Shown here: one piece after another, positions 39,221-45,303 of the stretch
Layout: the number at the start of each line of letters is the position of its first letter
How positions within the stretch are numbered: position 1 is the first letter of the stretch
Source: Nitrospirota bacterium
GTDB lineage: Bacteria; Nitrospirota; UBA9217
Assembly: GCA_035516155.1 (NCBI GenBank)
Contig: DATJAP010000011.1
Coordinates: 38,288-102,287 of the forward strand
Length of the DNA: 64,000 bases
Direction of reading: 5' to 3'
The notes under the pieces: model-generated
What the model saw: only the letters and a program-made list of their open reading frames with translations
Databases searched by the model: none
What the model was told of the DNA's origin: nothing
Program-made: the position numbers and the translations under genes

Positions 39221-39646
39221 TTATCCATGATTCACCTCTTCAGCTTCGAAGGATTTCTCCGGTGAAAATACCACGGCCAGTGTCCTGATGCAGCCGATCA
39301 CGAGGATCAGGATTGCGAGAGCTAGGATCATCCCTTGTTGCAGGGTGTGTTCGTAGAGCCCAATCATGATTTCGCGGAGTACGAAAACCAGTGCGGCATC
39401 TGTAATAAAGGTTATTTTAAGACGGTGTACGGTAAAATATTCGATGATGCTTCGAAGCAACTCGATGACGACGAACAGGGAAAGAATGTTGGTCACCATC
39501 ATGTCGAAGGCCGCCGCGATGGTGCGGCTCCCGAATACGGCTCGAAGGTCAAGAATGACCCGCGCGATCCCCATTAAAAGAGCGATGATCACGAGCGGGA
39601 TCATAAATTTAATCATGGTGTCGACGATTTTCGTGAAGTATTTCAT
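39221..39646 (-). CDS. psiE: PsiE-family (phosphate-starvation-inducible) membrane protein
   Basis: 141 aa with four TM helices. The central block FVVIELLRSIIEYFTVHRLKITFITDAALVFVLREIMIG parallels E. coli PsiE (FEFIALIVKYF...LRYFVYIGITAIVRLIIV). Confidence 0.55.
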   Translation of the reverse strand: MKYFTKIVDTMIKFMIPLVIIALLMGIARVILDLRAVFGSRTIAAAFDMMVTNILSLFVVIELLRSIIEYFTVHRLKITFITDAALVFVLREIMIGLYEHTLQQGMILALAILILVIGCIRTLAVVFSPEKSFEAEEVNHG

Positions 39647-39730
39647 GGCCCCTTGCCCGACGCGTCATGGTTGGCCGCCCTGGAACTCCGTGCGCTAAAC
39701 CGCTCATGTTAGGACATACTGTCATGATTT

Positions 39731-39759
39731 CATTACACAACCGTTACCAATTTGTTACA
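39731..39759 (+). promoter_or_regulatory. 11-bp-phased direct repeats CATTACA / CGTTACC / TGTTACA
   Basis: The heptamers start at 39731, 39742 and 39753 in the psiE-like/hemerythrin divergent intergenic region. Confidence 0.45.
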
Positions 39760-39839
39760 ATTGCATGAAATTGAGGCATGTTTGAGACTTAATGGCTTAT
39801 GACTATCGCAAACATCACGGGAGTGGATTTCTTTGTTAT

Positions 39840-39857
39840 TGTAACATTTCTGTAACA
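39840..39857 (-). promoter_or_regulatory. Tandem TGTTACA-N4-TGTTACA (read on the minus strand), Pho-box-like
   Basis: The plus strand reads TGTAACATTTCTGTAACA. The minus strand reads TGTTACAGAAATGTTACA. It includes the 11-mer GAAATGTTACA that recurs at 43216 and 55564. It lies ~195-210 bp upstream of the psiE-like start. Confidence 0.5.
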
Positions 39858-40233
39858 CGGCTGTTTTACAATTACTACGGTTGCGCCATGCTGGGGACTC
39901 CTGACGCCCGGCGCATGATCTGAGCAATGCCTTTGATTTCACTTCGACGACTTCATCCGGGCATTGAAGAGATAGAGTCAAAATCTTACCAATACTTAAG
40001 ACACGGAGTGGACCGGGAAGCGCTTAATACACGAATATTTATACGCTTCCTGCGTTTTTGCTCTATCACTATTCACCACGTTTTGAATTATATTGTACCC
40101 ACTAATTTACTCGTGGTAAAATAGCAATATTGGACGCATTCCCCTAATCCGAAGGATTTTGGGAGGATGGCGAATGCGCGTATTTCAGCCGGCGCATATC
40201 AATACTATTTGCATGGAAGTTCTAAGAGGAGTT

Positions 40234-40641
40234 ATGGGTTACTTAAAATGGAACAATCGGTATTCAGTCCATGTGGATGAAATAGACAAACAGCACCAGA
40301 AGCTTATCAACCTGATCAATGAAATGTATGACGCCATGCAAGCCGGCAAGGGCGGGGAAATTATAGATACTGTCGTCGATCGGTTCGTTGATTACACGGT
40401 TTATCATTTCAACACCGAAGAACGGTTGTTGCAGCAGCATGGTTATCCAAAGTATGATGCTCACAAGGAGATGCACGACAATATTGCCAAAAAGGCCCGT
40501 GACCTTAAGGAAACATTGGAAAAAGGGAACAAACCATCGAACATCGATGTCATGCTTCTGCTGACAAACTGGCTAAACGCTCACATCCTTGAGGAAGATA
40601 AGAAATACGCGCCTCACATTGCTTCCAAAGCAAATCCCTGA
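40234..40641 (+). CDS. Bacteriohemerythrin
   Basis: The ATG at 40234 follows an AAGAGGAG RBS. WNNRYSVHVDEIDKQHQKLINLIN, YTVYHFNTEERLL, HKEMHD and WLNAHILEEDKKY carry the hemerythrin His/Glu/Asp iron ligand pattern. Confidence 0.85.
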   Translation: MGYLKWNNRYSVHVDEIDKQHQKLINLINEMYDAMQAGKGGEIIDTVVDRFVDYTVYHFNTEERLLQQHGYPKYDAHKEMHDNIAKKARDLKETLEKGNKPSNIDVMLLLTNWLNAHILEEDKKYAPHIASKANP

Positions 40642-40876
40642 TTCATTGCATATCCTATGGTTTTTGACCGGGATCTTAAGGAAAAAATAAATTGGATCAA
40701 TTTATTTTATGTTTTGGTTGCCTCATAAGTATGCAATACTCATTTCAGGGCGCACAAAGTTATTAAAAAATCCTTTTGCACAGGGTTCATACCAGGTTAT
40801 AAACAGCTCCGGTGAACATGAATGTTGGAATTGGGACATTTTTCATTTCCTTTGTTTTCTTCTTTAGACCGGCGTT

Positions 40877-41033
40877 CTATGCGGCAATGGATCTGGTCTC
40901 GCATAATTCGTGACTACGCAGGAGTTCATCATTGGTTCCAATGAGCTGAGAAGGATCTTTGATTTGCCAATGAAGCCGCTGGAGCGCACCCGGAACAACA
41001 GGGCATTTCTCGTCGCTTGCATCATCGCATGCT
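40877..41033 (-). pseudogene. C-terminal fragment of an ArsC / low-molecular-weight phosphatase-type gene
   Basis: The minus-strand frame reads ACDDASDEKCPVVPGALQRLHWQIKDPSQLIGTNDELL. It aligns with thioredoxin-type ArsC ([37 protein letters not shown]). There is no N-terminal CX5R half and no start codon. The frame runs directly into the (AT)n tract. Confidence 0.5.
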
Positions 41034-41055
41034 ATATAATATATATATATATATG
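41034..41055. repeat. (AT)n dinucleotide microsatellite
   Basis: The sequence is tatataatatatatatatatat (22 nt), read directly. It abuts the ArsC-like fragment. Confidence 0.95.
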
Positions 41056-41171
41056 GTCAGTGCATTCCACAAGCGGTGCTCGACCGTGAACCGGATAAGT
41101 GGCAAAGGTTGCGGGACGGGTCTGTTCAAGAGATAGTGCGCTGCTGAAGGAGAAAATAATAACGGCACATT

Positions 41172-41477
41172 ATGAGGAAACGATCAGGAGGAATTGACAT
41201 GCCGGGAGCCGACACCCGCAATTACGCCGGGATCGATCATACAAAAATCGATATGATGGTCAGGGAACTGAGCGAGGTCGGAGCAATAATAACAGGGAAC
41301 AATCCCTGGCATATCAACACGCGACAACATGGAGTCATACTGACAGCGGAATGGAATGAGACTGCTTCAACGTTGGTTGTATCCATTACTCACTGCGGCT
41401 GGTTTGTTCCCCGCCGGAGGGTATGGAGTATCCTCGATGAACTTATCAGTAATGTTCAGAGGCTCGAAACAATATAA
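41172..41477 (+). CDS. Hypothetical protein
   Basis: 101-aa ORF with a GGAG-type RBS region (aaggagaaaataataacggcacatt). No recognised domain. Confidence 0.3.
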   Translation: MRKRSGGIDMPGADTRNYAGIDHTKIDMMVRELSEVGAIITGNNPWHINTRQHGVILTAEWNETASTLVVSITHCGWFVPRRRVWSILDELISNVQRLETI

Positions 41478-41513
41478 CCGCAATCGCGGTAAAAGTCTTC
41501 AGGTGTTCTCTCT

Positions 41514-42224
41514 TCATTCCCCCTCGACATAGTATCCCACGCCACGCCGCGTTTTCACAAACAGGGGCCGGGCCGGGTCGTCTTCAATATGTGTCCTCAG
41601 CCTTCTGATATGGACGTCGACCGTCCTGGGTTCAACGAACGTGTCATCCTGCCACAACGCATCGAGCAACTGGTCGCGGCTGAACACCTTCCCTCTGCGT
41701 TCAACGAGATAGAGAAGGAGCCTGAACTCGGTTGAACTCAGGTTCAGCGGAACATTGTTTTTGCTTACGATGTAGCGTTCCTTGTCGATGCGTAGATTGT
41801 GGACGGTGAGGACACTTTCCTGCGTTTTCCTGCCGGCTCCTCTCCGGAGTACGGCATTTACGCGGGCAGTGAGTTCCTTGGGGCTGAACGGCTTCGTCAT
41901 GTAGTCGTCGGCACCTGTTTCGAGGCCCTGTACCCTGTCGGTTACATCGCTTTTGGCCGTCAGCATGATGATCGGCATAGATGCCGTTTTCGGATTGCTT
42001 CGAATTATGCGGCAGAGCTCGGTTCCCTGAAGGCCCGGAAGCATAAGGTCGAGAATGACAAGGCTGTATCCGCCTTTCTTGATCTTATCTAGGGCCTCCT
42101 CGCCATCGGACGCAGAGGAAACTTTGAACCCTTCCCGTGTGAGATTATAGGTGACAAGCTCCACAAGATCGGGTTCATCATCAACAACGAGTATACGTAT
42201 TGTCTGCGCAGCGGCTACGCTCAT
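41514..42224 (-). CDS. OmpR/PhoB-family response regulator (PhoB-like)
   Basis: Receiver: RILVVDDEPDLVELV...LVILDLMLPG...MLTAKSDVTDRVQGLETGADDYMTKPFSPKEL, near-identical to the PhoB signature. Winged helix: STEFRLLLYL...FVEPRTVDVHIRRLR...VKTRRGVGY. Confidence 0.85.
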   Translation of the reverse strand: MSVAAAQTIRILVVDDEPDLVELVTYNLTREGFKVSSASDGEEALDKIKKGGYSLVILDLMLPGLQGTELCRIIRSNPKTASMPIIMLTAKSDVTDRVQGLETGADDYMTKPFSPKELTARVNAVLRRGAGRKTQESVLTVHNLRIDKERYIVSKNNVPLNLSSTEFRLLLYLVERRGKVFSRDQLLDALWQDDTFVEPRTVDVHIRRLRTHIEDDPARPLFVKTRRGVGYYVEGE

Positions 42225-42267
42225 AGGGTATCCAGAACACAGGATTCAAATAATTGAGAATTCGTTA

Positions 42268-42555
42268 TTATTTTGTGGTATCTTCTTTAAGAACCTTCAG
42301 GTATGTCCTGCACCTCGGATACCGGGAACATCGGAAGCGAAGTATTGTTTGCTCATCGCGGTAGAGGTGCATCGGATTCCCGCACGCTGCGCACAACGGC
42401 CTGCCCTTTACCCTCATGCGCTGTGAAACAGTAAATTGCATGCCGCACATCAAGCAGAGATAACGTTGATTGCCTGTCCGCGCTTTCCCATCGCGGTAAA
42501 CTGTTATTGATTGACAGGCCGGACATTGGATATTTTCGATTGTGTCTTTAGACAT
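42268..42555 (-). CDS. Double zinc-ribbon protein (InsA-like N-terminal ribbon + second Cys4 ribbon), paralog of 55197-55535
   Basis: CPAC-x16-C-x2-CG-x-QF, then RPLCAACGNPMHLY...LRFRCSRYPRCRTY. It lies 43 bp upstream of the PhoB-like regulator on the same strand. Confidence 0.6.
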   Translation of the reverse strand: MSKDTIENIQCPACQSITVYRDGKARTGNQRYLCLMCGMQFTVSQRMRVKGRPLCAACGNPMHLYRDEQTILRFRCSRYPRCRTYLKVLKEDTTK

Positions 42556-42674
42556 TCTGACTACTTATACTGAGAAGTTTGTTGTATAGAACAGTTCGGT
42601 GCACGTGTGAGAAACGTGTGGATGTCAATAATGATCCCGAAATGAAGTTTTGCTGATTTCTAGGCGTCTGGCCA

Positions 42675-42905
42675 TCATCCGTGCCGCAGTCGTGCCTTAA
42701 CGCTCCGGCTGACAAGGACCGGCAGAAAGGCCCTTATCCTGGCCTCCTTTTTCAAAACATCCAAATCAGCCATATAATATTGTCGAATTTCATCGGCGGG
42801 CAGCTGAAGTTCCTGAGCGAGTTTCTGAATAGCGCGGGAATGCTGATCAACTTCCTTTTCATCACCGCGTAACAAGCCAGACGGTATTGTGGGCTTTTGA
42901 TCCAT
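42675..42905 (-). CDS. DUF3562-like small protein
   Basis: The ATG at 42905 follows an AAGAAGGAG RBS. AIQKLAQELQLPADEIRQYYMADLDVLKKEARIRAFLPVLVSRSVKARL fits the DUF3562 pattern known from sulfate reducers. Paralog at 50200. Confidence 0.55.
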   Translation of the reverse strand: MDQKPTIPSGLLRGDEKEVDQHSRAIQKLAQELQLPADEIRQYYMADLDVLKKEARIRAFLPVLVSRSVKARLRHG

Positions 42906-42974
42906 GGCGATCTCCTTCTTTCTCCGCGTCAGAGGTGGAAAGCGATAACCCCCCCCGGTGTTGCCGAGCATTTT

Positions 42975-43121
42975 CTACCCCCGAAGAATTTTTGCGAGGA
43001 ACAGCGGGCAGCGATCGTAATCTTCCGTACAGCAATAAAGCGCCTTCCGGCGCGTATCGATAGCCACAGTCATAATCGACGCTGAACAGAATATGCTTTC
43101 CGCCTTCCAATAGGGGCACAT
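42975..43121 (-). CDS. Small Cys-rich protein
   Basis: The sequence is MCPYWKAESIFCSASIMTVAIDTRRKALYCCTEDYDRCPLFLAKILRG (6 Cys in 48 aa). It sits immediately upstream of the DUF3562 gene. The RBS is weak and the alternative TTG start at 43205 is not excluded. Confidence 0.3.
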   Translation of the reverse strand: MCPYWKAESIFCSASIMTVAIDTRRKALYCCTEDYDRCPLFLAKILRG

Positions 43122-43150
43122 GAATGCGTGAACGTTTGCCTCTTTTGTAC

Positions 43151-43237
43151 TGTTACAGACTATTGACCGAGATATATACAAGTTCACCTTGCTCTTTCTT
43201 CGCAACTATAACGTGGAAATGTTACAGTAATATTACA
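43151..43237 (+). promoter_or_regulatory. TGTTACA elements: single at 43151, tandem TGTTACA-N4-TATTACA at 43220-43237
   Basis: The region contains ggaaatgttacagtaatattacaaat (GAAATGTTACA at 43216-43226). It lies in the divergent region between the Cys-rich/DUF3562 genes and the DUF5132-ATPase operon. Confidence 0.45.
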
Positions 43238-43586
43238 AATAGCAAAAAAATCTGTGACATGAGGAAACAGTCTGTTTACAGCATGCAAGTGGTGCTGGAA
43301 TACTGCGTAACAATCATGATACAGCGATACTTGCACGCAAAGATGGCACTCTACCGACAGTGCTATTATGACATCCGTGTATTGTATCATGGGATTCTTT
43401 ATTATCCGAATAGCTGCGGCTCCTGGTGTGGGAAATAATTACTTGCGCTCGATGACACTGTCAGTGGATAAAAAGGGTATACTTAATTTATTGTTATATT
43501 ATTGATAGTAGGCAAGTAATGAAAGTGAAAATAGACAGTGCTTCGGGAAAAGGCTACAATTTGTTCATACGAAAGGAGATCATGAT

Positions 43587-43895
43587 ATGGCACTTTTGGA
43601 CGATGGTTTGAAAGGTAATCTGGTCACAGGTCTTGCTATTGGCGTAGGAGCGGCAATATTAGCACCTGTCGTAATACCTTTGTTTGCCAATATTGCGAAA
43701 CCGTTGGCGAAAGCGGCGATCAAAGGAGGGATACAGCTTTATGAGCGCGGTAAGGAAACTTTTGCCGAGGTCGCTGAAATAACCGAGGATATTGTGGCGG
43801 AAGCAAAGGCGGAGCTGTCGGAAGCTGCTGCGGCAGCGGCGGCGCCAGCAGCGGCGGCAGTAGCGGCGCCACCGGACGAGACACACGCGTCATGA
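43587..43895 (+). CDS. DUF5132-like small membrane-anchored protein
   Basis: AAAGGAGATCATGAT RBS. N-terminal hydrophobic GxxxG-type segment GLAIGVGAAILAPVVIPLF, then AKPLAKAAIKGGIQLYERGKETFAEVAEITEDIVAEAKAEL and an Ala/Pro tail. ATGA overlap with the next gene. Confidence 0.6.
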   Translation: MALLDDGLKGNLVTGLAIGVGAAILAPVVIPLFANIAKPLAKAAIKGGIQLYERGKETFAEVAEITEDIVAEAKAELSEAAAAAAAPAAAAVAAPPDETHAS

Positions 43896-44365
43896 TACGG
43901 GATGCAGTGGTATCGCATAACTCGCGGGGAAGGTTCCGGGTAAAAATCGCCTCGTTGAAAGGTGATAGAGAGGCGATTAATGTCTGCAAGGAACAATTTA
44001 TGCGTTGCCCGGGTATCAACACGGTGGAGGTGAACGCGCTGACGGGAAGCATGCTCTTTCTGCACGAGACGAGCATGGCCGCCATTACTGAGTACGCGCG
44101 AACGAAAGATATCTTTATCTTGCGAGAGCAAGGGTCTAACCCGGGGAATTTTCACCAGAATATAACTGAAACGTTCAAAGGAATCGATAACAAAATCAAG
44201 AGCTTGACCGACGGAGAGATGAACATGGGTGGAGTGGCATTCGTCGTTCTACTGGGAGCGGGGGCCATCCAGGTTCTCAGTGGAAACGCTGGCGCGCTTC
44301 CTTGGTACGGTGCATTCTGGTACGCATTCAATATTTTTTTAAAGTCGAAGGAGCCGGAAAAGTAG
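43892..44365 (+). CDS. HMA2-like domain protein with a C-terminal hydrophobic anchor
   Basis: N-terminal GRFRVKIASLKGDREAINVCKEQFMRCPGINTVEVNALTGSMLFLHE (HMA2-like, no CxxC). C-terminal MGGVAFVVLLGAGAIQVLSGNAGALPWYGAFWYAFNIF. Confidence 0.65.
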   Translation: MIRDAVVSHNSRGRFRVKIASLKGDREAINVCKEQFMRCPGINTVEVNALTGSMLFLHETSMAAITEYARTKDIFILREQGSNPGNFHQNITETFKGIDNKIKSLTDGEMNMGGVAFVVLLGAGAIQVLSGNAGALPWYGAFWYAFNIFLKSKEPEK

Positions 44366-44640
44366 CAGGGGTAGGCTGGCTGGACTTATTGAGAACCTGA
44401 ACACTGGTGGGGTTTTTCATCCAATCCCGACGAAACACACTTATCAAACTTATCTCATTTCCCAGGAAAGCCTTCAGAGATATTTAGGATGCCATGATCG
44501 AAGTCCCTCCATCTTCTTCGGATCGAGCCAGGAGAAAAGCCATGAATGATAGGAGGCAAAAACCACAAAGGAAGGCGGCTGTGAAGCGTCGGCCGCGCAG
44601 TCAATCATCAAAAGGCGACCAAACAACAGGAGGTGTAGCA

Positions 44641-45252
44641 ATGTCAAGTGCAGAGACCATAGAGAATCCAGCATCAAAAGAGGAAATCGGTAAAGCAGGG
44701 ACTACGGTTAAGGAAGGTGTCGTAAGTAGTCTCAAGGGCATTAATGAGATTGAGGCGGAAATCGTTAGCCTGGTGCGGAACACTGTATCCAACACGCTTC
44801 GTGCAACAGGCAGTGTTGCCGGTGAGGCGGTTGTTATCACAAAGGATGTGGTCAAGGGGGCCATTCAGGCAACGGAGGAGGTTGGCACCGGCCTGATCCT
44901 GAGCACCAAGAGTGTCGCGAAAGGCGTTGTCATGGGCGTGAGCGACGTGGGCGGTGATGTGATCGCGGTTGCGGGCTCCACCGTTAAGGGCGCCGTTAAA
45001 GGGGCGGCTGAAGTCGGCGCGGATGTGGCGATGGTGGCTCGACGGGCCGTGGACGGCGTGATTGAAGCCACGAAGGAAGTCGGTGGGAATGCAGAAGAAG
45101 TGGCGAAGGTAGCCGTAACGGGAGCGATTGAGGCTGCATCGACGATCGGCAACACGGCGGTCAAGGCAGTCAAGGACATGTTGGTCGGCGTTGTCGAAGG
45201 GGTAAAGGAAGTTGCGAGCACTGCCCTTCCAAAATCCAGGCCTGCCGCGTAG
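44641..45252 (+). CDS. Tandem 22-residue-repeat (11-mer x2) Gly/Ala/Val/Lys/Glu-rich protein
   Basis: The ATG at 44641 follows AGGAGGTGTAGCA. Gly of the KG dipeptide recurs at ORF residues 122, 144, 166, 188, 210 and 232, and the VG dipeptide at 130, 152, 174, 196 and 218. Upstream in-frame starts at 44494 and 44542 would add a highly basic leader. Confidence 0.6.
   Translation: MSSAETIENPASKEEIGKAGTTVKEGVVSSLKGINEIEAEIVSLVRNTVSNTLRATGSVAGEAVVITKDVVKGAIQATEEVGTGLILSTKSVAKGVVMGVSDVGGDVIAVAGSTVKGAVKGAAEVGADVAMVARRAVDGVIEATKEVGGNAEEVAKVAVTGAIEAASTIGNTAVKAVKDMLVGVVEGVKEVASTALPKSRPAA
44773..45219 (+). repeat. Coding tandem repeat, 66-bp period, six clean plus one or two degenerate units
   Basis: The period is derived from the 22-aa periodicity of xxKxVxKGAIxAxxEVGxxxxx units in the translated ORF. 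Confidence 0.7.
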
Positions 45253-45303
45253 AAATCGGGGCGCACACCAGATCGGTTTTCGTGTCCGAAAGGGGGGCGA
45301 CGC

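Noticed and set aside
39733-39981. 82-aa minus-strand ORF in the psiE-like/hemerythrin intergenic region.
   Set aside because: It overlaps both phased TGTTACA arrays, is Cys/Lys/Asn-rich and has no RBS. The region is better explained as a regulatory spacer.
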